In this document: positions 10,266 to 20,494 of the stretch, in pieces
Layout: every line of letters begins with the position of its first letter
How positions within the stretch are numbered: the first letter of the stretch is position 1
Origin: Anaeromyxobacteraceae bacterium
GTDB taxonomy: Bacteria; Myxococcota; Myxococcia; Myxococcales; Anaeromyxobacteraceae
Assembly (NCBI GenBank): GCA_047602405.1
Contig: JASGHJ010000002.1
Coordinates: forward strand, 864,001-928,000
DNA length: 64,000 nt
Direction of reading: 5' to 3'
The notes under the pieces: model-generated
Databases searched by the model: none
What the model was told of the DNA's origin: nothing
The model's input: the letters and a program-made list of their open reading frames with translations, nothing else
Program-made: the position numbers and the translations under genes

Positions 10266-11144
10266 CTACGGGTTCTTCGCGTGGCAGGCTTCGCAGTTCG
10301 ACGACGCGGCCGTGCCCTCGAACGAGGTGAAGATCGTCCCGTCCTTCGGGAGCACCGCCTCGCCCACGCCGTTCACGTGGTGCTCGAGGTCGATCATGCC
10401 GTAGCCCTGGTGGCAGCGCTGGCAGGCGACGGCGGGCGCGGGCGACGGGGAGGTGTGCCAGGCGTGGCCGCCGACGAGCTGGTCGCCGGCGACGGCGCCG
10501 CCGAGCTTCGGCGTGAGGTTGTGGCAGTCGCCGCACAGCATCGAGGCGCCGCCCCAGGTGACCTCCTTGCGCGCCGCGCCCTCGAGCGAGACGCCGTTGC
10601 CGTGGCAGTACACGCTCGAGCACGTCCCGCCCGCGTAGGTCGGCTTCTCGCCGTCGCGCAGGTCCGTGGCGGCGAGCGCGCCGAGCTGCACCTCGACCTT
10701 GCCGTCGATGTGCGCGAGGGAGGTGACCGCCGGGTGGCACTGCTCGCAGGAGAGCCCCTTCGCGAGGATGGTGCCGTTCACGTGGGCCGGGTGCGAACCC
10801 GTCGCAGGCGCGGCCTTCGCCAGGTCGGTCGCCGGGTCGAACGCGGCGACCTGCTCCGTGCCGTGACAGAAGGTGCAGTTCGACTGCCAGTTCGCGAAGC
10901 CCTGCTGCTGGTGGCAGGACGCGCAGCTCGGGCCGAGGCCGTCGATGCCGGTGAGCGCCTCGCCGTGGCACAGCCTGCAGCTCGTGAACTGCGCGGCGAT
11001 CGCCTGGACGCCGTGCTCGGTCTTGAGCGAGAAGTTCTTGGGGTGCGTCCGCTCGCCGCCCTCGACGACGTTGCGCGAGCTGCCGCAGGCGCCGAGGAGG
11101 AGCGCGACGGGGAGCGCCAGGTACTTCTTCGAGCTGATCGCCAT
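10266..11144 (-). CDS. Multiheme c-type cytochrome lipoprotein (CxxCH/CxxxxCH type)
   Basis: Lipobox LGAC; 7 CxxCH motifs plus one CxxxxCH (CSSVYCH). Confidence 0.88.
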   Translation of the reverse strand: MAISSKKYLALPVALLLGACGSSRNVVEGGERTHPKNFSLKTEHGVQAIAAQFTSCRLCHGEALTGIDGLGPSCASCHQQQGFANWQSNCTFCHGTEQVAAFDPATDLAKAAPATGSHPAHVNGTILAKGLSCEQCHPAVTSLAHIDGKVEVQLGALAATDLRDGEKPTYAGGTCSSVYCHGNGVSLEGAARKEVTWGGASMLCGDCHNLTPKLGGAVAGDQLVGGHAWHTSPSPAPAVACQRCHQGYGMIDLEHHVNGVGEAVLPKDGTIFTSFEGTAASSNCEACHAKNP

Positions 11145-11309
11145 GGATTCCCTCGGGAGGTCGGGCGCAGGACAGCACGGCCCGATAGGGTCGTGCGTAC
11201 CTTCGCGCGCTTTGTCGCGGAGCGCAAGGTCCTGGGGCCGCAAGCGTTCCGTTACTCCGTCTCAGCCTGTGCGACGCGCTGCGGCCTGAACCCTGGTAGG
11301 AAAGGTGCC

Positions 11310-12524
11310 ATGGCAACCCTGTACCCCTTCCGCGCGCTGAGGCCGCCGGCGCGCCTCGCCGGCGAGGTCGCCTCGCCCCCCTACGACGTCATCTCCACGG
11401 CCGAGGCCCGCACCCTGGCGCGCGGAAAGCCGGACAGCTTCCTGCGCGTGAGCCGGCCGGAGGTCGACCTGCCCGAGGGCACCGACGAGCACGCGGAGCC
11501 GGTGTACGCAAGGGGCGCAGAGAATCTCACCGAGCTCGTCCGCCGCGGCGTGCTCGTGCAGGACCCCGAGCCGCGCCTCCACGTCTACGCGCAGGTGATG
11601 GGCGGCCACCGCCAGGTGGGGCTCGTCGGCTGCGCCTCGGTCGCCGAGTACGACGCGGACGTGATCAGGAAGCACGAGAAGACGCGGGCCGACAAGGAGG
11701 ACGACCGCGTCCACCACGTCGACACGCTCGGCGCGCACGACGAGCCGGTGTTCCTCACCTACCGCGCCGACCGCGAGATCGACGCCGTCGTCGCCGCGGT
11801 CACGGCGGGCAAGCCCGAGGTCGACCTCACGACCGCGGACGGCGTGCGTCACACGACCTGGGTCGTCCCCGCCGACGCCGGCGCGCGCATCCAGGCGCGC
11901 ATGGCGGCCATCCCCACGCTCTACGTCGCCGACGGCCACCACCGCTCCGCCGCGGCCTCCCGCGTGCACGCGAGGCGCAGGGGCACCCCCGGCGAGCACG
12001 ACCGGTTCCTCGCGGTCGTGTTCCCGCACGACCAGATGCAGATCCTCGCGTACAACCGGCTGCTCCGCGATCCGAAGGGGCGGTCGCCGGAGGCGCTGCT
12101 CGAGGCGCTGCGCGCGCGCCTGGACGTCGTCCCCGCCACCGACCCGCGCCCCGAAGGTCCGCTCTCGTTCGGCGTCTACGCCGCCGGCCGCTGGTGGCGC
12201 GCGAAGGTCCGCCCCGGCACGTACGACGCGAAGGACCCGGTGGCCTCGCTCGACTGCGACCTCGCCCAGAACCAGATCCTCGCGCCCATCTTCGGCATCG
12301 ACGACCCGCGCCGCTCGAAGGACGTCGACTTCGTCGGCGGCATCCGCGGCGCCGCCGAGCTCGAGAAGCGCGTGAGGGAGGAGGGCTGGTCGATGGCGCT
12401 CCACCTGTTCCCGACGCGGGTCGAGCAGGTGATGGCCGTCTCCGACGCGGGCCTGATCATGCCGCCGAAGAGCACCTGGTTCGAGCCGAAGCTTCGCTCG
12501 GGCCTCTTCGTGCACGCGTTCTGA
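11310..12524 (+). CDS. DUF1015 family protein
   Basis: PFRALRP, SPPYDVIS, IRKHEKTR, YVADGHHRSAAA, MPPKSTWFEPKLRSGL. Confidence 0.9.
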   Translation: MATLYPFRALRPPARLAGEVASPPYDVISTAEARTLARGKPDSFLRVSRPEVDLPEGTDEHAEPVYARGAENLTELVRRGVLVQDPEPRLHVYAQVMGGHRQVGLVGCASVAEYDADVIRKHEKTRADKEDDRVHHVDTLGAHDEPVFLTYRADREIDAVVAAVTAGKPEVDLTTADGVRHTTWVVPADAGARIQARMAAIPTLYVADGHHRSAAASRVHARRRGTPGEHDRFLAVVFPHDQMQILAYNRLLRDPKGRSPEALLEALRARLDVVPATDPRPEGPLSFGVYAAGRWWRAKVRPGTYDAKDPVASLDCDLAQNQILAPIFGIDDPRRSKDVDFVGGIRGAAELEKRVREEGWSMALHLFPTRVEQVMAVSDAGLIMPPKSTWFEPKLRSGLFVHAF

Positions 12525-12535
12525 GGGAGAGGACC

Positions 12536-12772
12536 ATGACCGCGCTGCGCGTGGTGAAGCGGCTCGACGCCCGGCCACTGCGGGCCCAGGGCATCCACCC
12601 GGTGGACGAGGTGCTCCGCGATCTCGCCGGGCTCGCACCCGGCGAGGCCTACGAGCTCGTGACCCCGCACGTCCCGGGGCCGATCCTCGAGAAGGCCGCG
12701 GCGCTCGGCGTGCGCGGGACGAGCGTCGAGACCGCGCCCGGGGAGGTCGTGACGACGTTCACGCGCGGGTAG
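12536..12772 (+). CDS. Small DUF2249/TusA-like protein
   Basis: LDARPL...HPVDEVL...LAPGEAYELVTPHVP; GGAGAGG RBS. Confidence 0.65.
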   Translation: MTALRVVKRLDARPLRAQGIHPVDEVLRDLAGLAPGEAYELVTPHVPGPILEKAAALGVRGTSVETAPGEVVTTFTRG

Positions 12773-12840
12773 CGGGATCATGGATCGGGGTCGCGCCTCG
12801 CCGCGCGCCGCCCCGGGCCGGAGGTGAGGCGGCAGGCCCC

Positions 12841-14010
12841 TCACCCGACCACCCCCGCCGGCCGCCCCCGCGCGACCGCGAGCAGCGCCCCGCCCGCGCC
12901 GACCGCTCCGGCGGCGGCGAGCACCGCCGGCCTGGCATCGCCGAGCCGGTGCGAGAGCGCGCCCGCGAGCGCGGGCCCGAGCATCTGGCCCACGCCGTAG
13001 GCCGCGGTGAGCGTGCCGACCATCCGTCCCGGCGCCTCCGGCGCGAGGCGCCGCGCCGCGGACATGGCGAGCGTGACGATGCCGATGAAGGTGCTGCCGA
13101 AGAGCGCGGCGCCGACCGCCGCGGCGGCGCCGCTCGAGGAGACCGCCGGCAGGGCCATGCCCGCCGCCTGCACGCCGTGCGCGAGCGCCAGGGCGCGGCG
13201 CTCGCCGAGGCGGTCGCCGGCGCCGGACCAGAGGAGCGCCGAGGGCGCCGCGGCGAGGCCCGTGAGCACCCAGGTCCAGGGCGCGAGCGCCTCGAGCCCG
13301 GGCGTGCGGCGCACGGCGGCGACCGCGAAGGTGCCGCTGACGATGTAGCCGAGCCCCTCGAGGAAGTAGGCGGCCGCGAGGACGCGGAAGCCCATCCCGG
13401 CGGCCCTCGCGGGCGCGGCGCCGGCCGGCGCGGCGCGGACGTCCACGGCCGGAGGCCTCGTGCGCGCGAGCGAGAGGAGGCCGGGCACCGCGAGCGCGGC
13501 GGCCGCGCCGCCCAGCACGAGCCAGGGCGCGCCGTACCCGGCCCCGGCCGGCGCGAGCGCCGAGACGGTGCCCGAGAGCGCCATCCCGAGCCCCACGCCG
13601 GCGTACAGCAGGCCCGGCCGCGAGGTCTCCCCCTCGAGCGCCGCCGCGGAGGCGAGCACGAACACGAGGCCGCTCGCGAGCCCGGCGATCGCGCGCAGCG
13701 CGGCCCAGGCGTCCACGTCGGTCGTCGCCGCCGAGCCGAGCGTGGCGAGTGCGGTGAGGACGAGCCCGGCCGCGAGCGCGAGCCCCCGCCGCGGCGAGGC
13801 CGCGAGCCGCCGGCCCACGAGCACGCCGGCGAGGTACGCGACGAGGTTCGCCGACGCGAGCGCGCCCATGACGTCGTCGCCCACGCCGAGCGCGCGCTGC
13901 GTGCCGGGCAGGAGCGCCGTGTACGCGAAGCGGCCGATGCCCATGGCCGCGGCGAGCGCGGCGGCGCCGGCGAGGGCGCGGGCGAGGGGGGAGGAGGTCG
14001 CCCGGGTCAT
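12841..14010 (-). CDS. MFS transporter, YbfB/YjiJ family
   Basis: AMGIGRFAYTALLP, YFLEGLGYIV, TAAYGVGQMLGP. Confidence 0.88.
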   Translation of the reverse strand: MTRATSSPLARALAGAAALAAAMGIGRFAYTALLPGTQRALGVGDDVMGALASANLVAYLAGVLVGRRLAASPRRGLALAAGLVLTALATLGSAATTDVDAWAALRAIAGLASGLVFVLASAAALEGETSRPGLLYAGVGLGMALSGTVSALAPAGAGYGAPWLVLGGAAAALAVPGLLSLARTRPPAVDVRAAPAGAAPARAAGMGFRVLAAAYFLEGLGYIVSGTFAVAAVRRTPGLEALAPWTWVLTGLAAAPSALLWSGAGDRLGERRALALAHGVQAAGMALPAVSSSGAAAAVGAALFGSTFIGIVTLAMSAARRLAPEAPGRMVGTLTAAYGVGQMLGPALAGALSHRLGDARPAVLAAAGAVGAGGALLAVARGRPAGVVG

Positions 14011-14218
14011 CGCGGTCCACGCATACCACGGCGCCCGAGCCGCGCCGGACCTGGTTCACGCCCCGTGAGGGCCATCCCCGAGATGGCCCTCGTGGGTGTC
14101 GGGGCCACCCCGGGGCGCGCTCCTCCGCGCGCCGACATCACTCCTAGTGAAACATCCGCGCGCGCAGGTGCGCTTCTCCGTGACACCGCCGGCGGGGTTC
14201 GGCTAGCCTCGCCGCGCC

Positions 14219-15778
14219 TTGTCCGCGCTCGTGGTCAATCCGGCGGTCGCGACGGCCCTCGTCAGCGGGGCGGTGAGCGCGGCGACGTCGGCGGCGGCCT
14301 TCGCCATGGGCCACGCCGGGGGCTGGAAGGACTTCCGCCGCTTCGGGTGGGTGGCGCTCACGGCGGCCGGCGTGTCCTTCGCGAACGCGGGCAACACGCT
14401 CGAGGGGCTGTCCGCGGCGTGGATCGGGCGGGTCCAGTTCCTCCTGCTCGCGCTGCACGTCCTCGCCTGGCACGGCTACCTCGGGGCCTGGTCGGGCGTG
14501 GCGCTGGGCCGGCGAGCGGTGGCCGCGCTGCTCGCGCTCACGGCGTTGCCCGGCGCGCTCGGGCTCGTGCCCGGGGCGCTCGGGCTCGTGCCCGGGGCGC
14601 TGTACTCCGACGCGTTCGCGCTGCGGGTCGTGCCGTCGATCGGCGTCGCGTACCGCGACGCGCAGGTGACGTCGACCGGGGGCCTGCTCCTCGCGCTGCC
14701 GTGCGCCGCCGCGCTCTGGGCCTACGGTCGGATCGTGCGCCACGCGCGGCAGGGGGTGCTCGCGCCGCGGGCGCACCTCGCCGGCGGCGCCCTGATGGGC
14801 GCGGTGGCCGCGCACGACGCGATGCTGACCCTCGGGGTGGGGCTCCCGACGCCCTACCTCATCGACTTCGCGTCCTGGGTGCCGATCATCGGGATCGGGC
14901 TCGCCGCGCTGGACCGCGTCGGCCGGTCCTCCGCCGAGCTCGCCCAGCTCCGGGAGCGGCTCGAGGCCCGCGTCGTGGAGCGCACCGCCGAGCTCGCGCG
15001 GGCGAACGCCGCGCTCGGCCGCGCCGAGCGGCTCGCCGCGCTCGGGCAGCTCTCCGCCGGCGTCGCGCACGAGGTCAACAACCCGGCCGCGATCATCTCG
15101 TCGAGCCTCAACTTCGTCGCGCAGGAGCTCGGCCCGTCGACGCCGCCGGAGGTGCGAGGGGCCCTCGACGACGCGAGGAGCGCGGTCGGCCGCATCGCCG
15201 GGCTCACGAGGCAGCTCCTCGTGGCGGGCCGGGCCGCGGCGCAGCCGATGGCGCTCGTGCCGGTCGACGTCGCGGCGTGCGCCCAGGTCGCCGCGCAGGC
15301 GGCCCGCGCCCGCGGCGCCCCGGAGGTGGCGGTGACGCTCGACTTCCCGCCGGGGCTCACCGGGCTCGCGCAGGGCGGCGCGCTCGAGCAGGTCCTCTCG
15401 AACCTCGCGGTGAACGCGGTCCAGGCGATCCCGCGCGGGCGGGCGGGGAGGGTGGCCCTCCGCGGCGAGCAGGCGCGCGAGCACGTCGTCCTCACCGTGG
15501 AGGACGACGGCGAGGGCATGGGGCCCGAGGCGCTGCGCCACCTCGGCGAGCCGTTCTACTCCACGAAGCCGGTCGGCGTCGGCTCGGGGCTCGGGCTCGC
15601 GGTCGCCCGCGGGCTCACCTCGGCGATGTCGGGATCGATCGTCTTCGAGAGCGAGCCGGGCCGCGGGACGCGGGTGCGCATCACGCTCGTGCGGGCGGAC
15701 TCACTTCAGGAGCTTCACCGCGCGCAGGAGGCCGCCCCGGCGCCGGGGCCGGCGCCAGCGCGGGCGCCCCTCGAGTGA
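14219..15778 (+). CDS. Membrane sensor histidine kinase (start uncertain)
   Basis: Several TM segments; H-box AHEVNNP; N/G1/F/G2 boxes NLAVNA, DDGEG, PFYSTK, GSGLGL. Confidence 0.88.
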   Translation: MSALVVNPAVATALVSGAVSAATSAAAFAMGHAGGWKDFRRFGWVALTAAGVSFANAGNTLEGLSAAWIGRVQFLLLALHVLAWHGYLGAWSGVALGRRAVAALLALTALPGALGLVPGALGLVPGALYSDAFALRVVPSIGVAYRDAQVTSTGGLLLALPCAAALWAYGRIVRHARQGVLAPRAHLAGGALMGAVAAHDAMLTLGVGLPTPYLIDFASWVPIIGIGLAALDRVGRSSAELAQLRERLEARVVERTAELARANAALGRAERLAALGQLSAGVAHEVNNPAAIISSSLNFVAQELGPSTPPEVRGALDDARSAVGRIAGLTRQLLVAGRAAAQPMALVPVDVAACAQVAAQAARARGAPEVAVTLDFPPGLTGLAQGGALEQVLSNLAVNAVQAIPRGRAGRVALRGEQAREHVVLTVEDDGEGMGPEALRHLGEPFYSTKPVGVGSGLGLAVARGLTSAMSGSIVFESEPGRGTRVRITLVRADSLQELHRAQEAAPAPGPAPARAPLE

Positions 15779-16171
15779 GCGCTCGAGCGCCTCGTGCGCC
15801 GAGACGTGTCCCGGCCCCGCGACGAGCAGCCCGAGCGCGGCCGCCGCGATCAGGAGGTTGAACTCGTAGCCGCCCGCGGCGTTCTCGAAGCCCTTCTGGC
15901 CGTGCACCTTCGCGATCGCGACCGCCTGGGTCACGAGGATCGCGAGCGCCGCGAGGCGCGTCCCGAGCCCGAGCAGCGCGCCCGCCCCGGAGGCGAGCTC
16001 GGCGAGCCCGGTGGCGCGGACCCAGCGCGGCCCGGGCTTGAGGCCCAGCGACTCGAAGAACGGGCCCATCCCCGCGGCGCCGTCGGCGCGGAGCTTCTGG
16101 CTCCCGTGGTACAGCATCGTCGCGCCGAGCGCCCCGCGCACCGGCACCATGGCGAGCTCCTTCGTCAGCAT
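15701..16171 (-). CDS. DoxX family membrane protein
   Basis: HGSQKL, LGLGTRLAA, VH...GGYEFNL. Confidence 0.88.
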   Translation of the reverse strand: MLTKELAMVPVRGALGATMLYHGSQKLRADGAAGMGPFFESLGLKPGPRWVRATGLAELASGAGALLGLGTRLAALAILVTQAVAIAKVHGQKGFENAAGGYEFNLLIAAAALGLLVAGPGHVSAHEALERSLEGRPRWRRPRRRGGLLRAVKLLK

Positions 16172-16233
16172 GCGGTCCCCTCCGAGGCCTCCCAACCTGG
16201 CCACGCGCGGCGACCTGCGCTAGGAACGGCTCC

Positions 16234-16626
16234 ATGACCCCGAAGCAGCGCACCGCCCTCAGGGAGGCCCTCGAGCGCACGAAGGCCCAGGTCACCACCT
16301 CGGCGCCCGCCCGCATCGAGCCGAACCGGACCGACCCGGCCGCGGCGGGCGTCGCCGACGAGGACGCGCAGGCGCTCTCGGAGATGCTCCAGGTGCTCGC
16401 CTCCGAGCGGAACCGCGGCCAGGCGGCGCTCCTCTCGCGGATCGAGAAGGCGCTCCGGAAGCTCTCGGCCGCGCCCGAGGACTACGGCCTGTGCGAGGAC
16501 TGCGAGGAGGAGATCCCGCTCGCCCGCATGAAGGCGATGCCGTGGGCGACGCTCTGCGCCCCGTGCCAGGCGAGGGCCGAGCCCCGCCGCGGCGCGGGGC
16601 GGAAGAGCCTCACCGACTTCAAGTAG
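16234..16626 (+). CDS. TraR/DksA C4 zinc-finger protein
   Basis: YGLCEDCEEEIPLARMKAMPWATLCAPCQ. Confidence 0.88.
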   Translation: MTPKQRTALREALERTKAQVTTSAPARIEPNRTDPAAAGVADEDAQALSEMLQVLASERNRGQAALLSRIEKALRKLSAAPEDYGLCEDCEEEIPLARMKAMPWATLCAPCQARAEPRRGAGRKSLTDFK

Positions 16627-16628
16627 CG

Positions 16629-17876
16629 CTACGCCGCGTCGAGCGCGGCGCGGAGCTCCGCCAGCAGGTCCCGCCAGTCCTCGACGCCGACCGACACGCG
16701 CACGAGCGCGTCGGAGACGCCGTAGCGCCGCAGCTCGTCCGGGGAGAGCTCGGAGTGGGTGGTCGAGGCCGGGTGGCACGCGAGGCTCTCCACGCCGCCG
16801 AGCGACACCGCGTTCTTCATGATGTGCAGGTGGCGGAGCACGTCGAAGGCGGCCTTCTTGCCGCCGGCGAGCTCGAAGGCGAGCACGCCGCCGGGGAAGT
16901 CGCACTGCGCGTCGCGGATGCGCACCTGCTCGGGGTCGGTGAAGAGCGAGGGGTAGTGGAGCCGCTCGAGCTTGGGGTGGCCGGCGAGCGCCTCGGCGAT
17001 GTGCTGCGCGCTCTTCGACTGCCGGTTCATGCGGAGGTTCACCGTCGGCAGGCGGCCGTCGAGCATCCAGCACTCGTCGGGCTGGAGGATGTTGCCCAGG
17101 ATGGCGCGGGTGCCGCGCAGCCGGCTGATGAGCTCGGGGTCCTTCGCGAGCACGAGCCCGCCCAGCATGTCGGAGAAGCCGGAGAGGTACTTCGTCGCGG
17201 AGTAGACGGCGAGGTCGGCGCCGAGGGGCAGCGGGTGCTGGAACGCCGGGCCCATGAACGTGTTGTCGACGGCGACGATCGGGCGCTCGCGGTGGCGCGA
17301 GGCGGCCCGGACCGCGTCGGTGACGTCGGTCATGACGAGCGTCGGGTTGGCCGGCGTCTCGATGAGCACGAGGCGCAGGTTGGCCGCGCCCTCGATGGCC
17401 GCGCGGATGCCGGCGGTGTCGCCCGCCCGCACCGGGATGCCCTTCATGCCCCACGGCTCGAGGAGCTGGTGGATGAGGTGCTGGGTGCCGCCGTAGATCG
17501 GCGTCGTGTAGACGAAGCTCGCGCCCGGCGCGCAGAAGGTCGTGAACACCGTCGAGATGGCGGCCATGCCCGAGTTGAAGACCGCCGCCGCGGTGGCGCC
17601 CTTCTCGAGGGGCACCACCTGGTCCTCGAGGATCTCGGCGTTCGGGTGCGAGAGGCGCGAGTAGATGAGGTCGACGCTCTCGCCCGGGTTCGCCTGCTCC
17701 TTGCCGAGCGCGATGGAGAACGCGCGCTCCGCGTGCTCCGGGCTCTGGAACACGTAGGTGGACGAGCGGAAGACCGCCGGGCGGGCCGAGCCGACCGACA
17801 GGCGCGGATCGAAGCCGCGGGTCAGGACCGCGGTGTCGGGGCGGACGACGTAGGAGGGCTTCTTGGAGTCGGGCAC
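16629..17876 (-). CDS. Cys/Met metabolism PLP enzyme (methionine gamma-lyase / cystathionine gamma-synthase family)
   Basis: YSRLSHPN, SGMAAI, ETPANP, DNTF, YSATKYLSG (PLP Lys), AVSLGGVESL. Confidence 0.9.
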   Translation of the reverse strand: MPDSKKPSYVVRPDTAVLTRGFDPRLSVGSARPAVFRSSTYVFQSPEHAERAFSIALGKEQANPGESVDLIYSRLSHPNAEILEDQVVPLEKGATAAAVFNSGMAAISTVFTTFCAPGASFVYTTPIYGGTQHLIHQLLEPWGMKGIPVRAGDTAGIRAAIEGAANLRLVLIETPANPTLVMTDVTDAVRAASRHRERPIVAVDNTFMGPAFQHPLPLGADLAVYSATKYLSGFSDMLGGLVLAKDPELISRLRGTRAILGNILQPDECWMLDGRLPTVNLRMNRQSKSAQHIAEALAGHPKLERLHYPSLFTDPEQVRIRDAQCDFPGGVLAFELAGGKKAAFDVLRHLHIMKNAVSLGGVESLACHPASTTHSELSPDELRRYGVSDALVRVSVGVEDWRDLLAELRAALDAA

Positions 17877-17996
17877 GGTGGCGTCCTCCGGTTGGCCGGG
17901 GCGCAGCCTCCGCCCCAGCGTGGGGTGCGAACGGGCGCACCATACCCCGTCCCGTCCGGGATGAAACAACCCGGCCGGGCCTGCGTAAGTCAGGGC

Positions 17997-18203
17997 ATGG
18001 TCGGCTTCCTGCTGTGGCTGCTCCTCTTCATCGTCTGCTGGCCGCTCGCGCTCCTCGCGCTCGTGCTGTACCCGCTCGTCTGGCTCGTGCTCCTCCCGTT
18101 CCGCATCCTCGGGATCGCGGTCGACGGCGTGCTCGGGCTCCTGAAGGCGATCCTGTGGCTGCCGGCGCGCCTCCTCGGCGGGCCGAGGGCGGTGCGGGGC
18201 TGA
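17997..18203 (+). CDS. Small hydrophobic membrane protein
   Basis: MVGFLLWLLLFIVCWPLALLALVLYPLVWLVLLPFR. Confidence 0.7.
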   Translation: MVGFLLWLLLFIVCWPLALLALVLYPLVWLVLLPFRILGIAVDGVLGLLKAILWLPARLLGGPRAVRG

Positions 18204-18215
18204 CGGGCCGGGGGC

Positions 18216-18758
18216 TCAGCGCCGGGCGAGCGTGCGTGCGTTCGCCCGGACCACGCCCGCGCCGAGGTAGACCGCGAACGCGGACCACGCCAGGTACGGC
18301 ACGACGAGCGCCGCCGCGCCCCGGTCGACCCGGCGCGCGGCGAGCGCGTACGCGCCCACCGCCGGCACGAGCGCGCCCACCACCGCGAGCGCGGCGCGGG
18401 GCCGGCGCGCGCCGAAGAAGAGCGGCGACCACGAGGCGTTGAGCGCGAGCTGGGTCCCCCAGAGCGCCAGCGCGGCGCCGCGGCCCGGCCGCGTGCTCCT
18501 CCACACCCGGTAGGCGCTCCAGGCCATCGACGCGTAGAGCGCCGTCCAGACCGGGCCGAACGCGGCGCGCGGCGGCTGCGCCGCGGGCTTGCGGAGGAGC
18601 GCGTACCAGGGACGACGGGAGCCTGCGCGCGAGGCGGCGCCTCCGATCGCGGAGGCGCCGGTCACGAGGCCGGCGAAGGCGGCCGCGGCGGCGAGCCGGC
18701 GCGCCGTGCCGGGCCCGGGAGCCGGGCCGGGTGGCCACGTGGCGATGACGGGCTCCAT
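18216..18758 (-). CDS. tspO: TspO/MBR tryptophan-rich sensory protein
   Basis: WYALLRKP, FGPVWTALY, QLALNASWSPLFFG, PYLAW. Confidence 0.9.
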   Translation of the reverse strand: MEPVIATWPPGPAPGPGTARRLAAAAAFAGLVTGASAIGGAASRAGSRRPWYALLRKPAAQPPRAAFGPVWTALYASMAWSAYRVWRSTRPGRGAALALWGTQLALNASWSPLFFGARRPRAALAVVGALVPAVGAYALAARRVDRGAAALVVPYLAWSAFAVYLGAGVVRANARTLARR

Positions 18759-18907
18759 CCCCGGACGATGCGCACGTTCCGGGGAGGACGCCGCCGAGGG
18801 TCCGCTCACCCCGCCGGGTTCGCCGCGCCGCGTCGGGGTCCCGCGCGGCTGCACCCGGAGGGACGCTGTGAACCTGCGGTGCGGCCGGGTTAGGAAGTCG
18901 CCCACGC

Positions 18908-20494
18908 ATGAGCCCGACCGAGCGCGCGATCGAGAGCCTGCCCCCGCACCTGCGCCGCTTCGCGGTCGCCCAGGACTACGCCGCGTACACGGCCCGCGAC
19001 CACGCGGTCTGGCGGCACATCCTCCGCCGCCTCACCGCGCTCCTCGAGGGCAAGGCGCACCCGCGCTACCTGGCCGGCCTCGCGGCGACGGGCATCGAGG
19101 TCGAGCGGATCCCGAGCCTCGACGAGATGAACGAGCGGCTCGCGCGGGTGGGCTGGTCGGCGGTGTCGGTGCGCGGCTTCATCCCGCCGGCGGTGTTCAC
19201 CGAGCTCCAGTGCCGGCGCGTGCTCGCCATCGCGGCGGACATCCGCACGCACGAGCACATCGAGTACACGCCGGCGCCCGACATCGTGCACGAGAGCGCG
19301 GGCCACGCGCCCTTCATCGCCGATCCGACCTACGCCGAGTACCTGCAGCGCTGCGGGGAGGTCGGGTGGAAGGCCATCGCCTCCGCCGAGGACCAGGCGG
19401 TCTTCGAGGCGATCCGGAACCTGTCGGTCGTGAAGGAGGACCCGAGCGCGCCCGCCTCCGAGGTGAAGCTCGCGGAGGAGCGGCTGGCCGCGGCGTCGGC
19501 GAGCGTGCGCTACGCCTCCGAGTCCACCCGCGCGAGCCGGCTCTACTGGTGGACGGCCGAGTACGGGCTCGTGGGCGAGCTCTCCGCGCCGCGGATCTAC
19601 GGCGCGGGGCTCCTCTCCTCCATCGGCGAGGCGCGGCACTGCCTCTCCTCCGAGGTCGCGAAGCTGCCGCTCACCGCCGCGTGCGCGGACCAGGTCTACG
19701 ACATCACGCGCATGCAGCCGCAGCTCTTCGTGGCGCGCGACTTCGATCAGCTCTTCGAGGTGCTCGAGGCCTTCGCGGCCACGCTCTCCTGGCGCAGGGG
19801 AGGCGACCACGGGCTCGAGACGGCGCTGCGCGCCTGCACGGTGAACCACCTCGTGCTCTCCGGCGGGCGCGAGCTCACCGGGCGGGTGGTGGAGCGGCTC
19901 ACCGGCCCGCGCGACCTCGCGCCGGGGCTCTCCACGATGCTCGCCCGCCTCGAGGGGCCGGTGCTCGTCTCGAGGGGCGGCGTGGCGCAGGGGAAGCCCT
20001 GGCCCGGCGAGGTGGTGGTGGCCTTCGGCGACGCCCGCCTCCCCGACCGCGGTGCGTTCGAGGTGCGCCTCGCGGGCGGGCTCGTGCTGCGCGGCTTCGC
20101 GGTGGGCGGCGGCGAGGTGGTGCACCTCACGGGCACGCGCGAGGGCCGGGCGGTCGCGCTGCCGTCCTGGGCGCTCCTCTTCGTCTCCGACGGGCTGCCC
20201 TCGGTGGCGGGCGGACCGGCGGATCCCGCGGCGTGGGATCGCTGGTTCGGCGAGCTCGGCAGCTTCACCGAGGGCGAGGGCGAGGCGCGGGCCCGGGCGG
20301 CGAAGGCCGCGGCGCTGCCCGCGGCGCTCGGCGCGCTCTACGCCGAGGTGCGCAGGCTGCGGGAGACCGGCGGGGCCACGCGCGAGCGGCTCCTCGCGAT
20401 CCGCGACGCCGCGCGGCCGTACGGCGAGGACTGGCTGCTGCAGGCGGAGGTGGAGGAGCTGTTGCCCCCGGCCCAGGCCGCGGAGGCCCGCTAG
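18908..20494 (+). CDS. phhA: Aromatic amino acid (phenylalanine-4-) hydroxylase, long form
   Basis: YTPAPDIVHESAGHAP (Fe-binding His pair), LYWWTAEYGL (Glu), YGAGLLSSIGE, YDITRMQPQLFV. Confidence 0.88.
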   Translation: MSPTERAIESLPPHLRRFAVAQDYAAYTARDHAVWRHILRRLTALLEGKAHPRYLAGLAATGIEVERIPSLDEMNERLARVGWSAVSVRGFIPPAVFTELQCRRVLAIAADIRTHEHIEYTPAPDIVHESAGHAPFIADPTYAEYLQRCGEVGWKAIASAEDQAVFEAIRNLSVVKEDPSAPASEVKLAEERLAAASASVRYASESTRASRLYWWTAEYGLVGELSAPRIYGAGLLSSIGEARHCLSSEVAKLPLTAACADQVYDITRMQPQLFVARDFDQLFEVLEAFAATLSWRRGGDHGLETALRACTVNHLVLSGGRELTGRVVERLTGPRDLAPGLSTMLARLEGPVLVSRGGVAQGKPWPGEVVVAFGDARLPDRGAFEVRLAGGLVLRGFAVGGGEVVHLTGTREGRAVALPSWALLFVSDGLPSVAGGPADPAAWDRWFGELGSFTEGEGEARARAAKAAALPAALGALYAEVRRLRETGGATRERLLAIRDAARPYGEDWLLQAEVEELLPPAQAAEAR

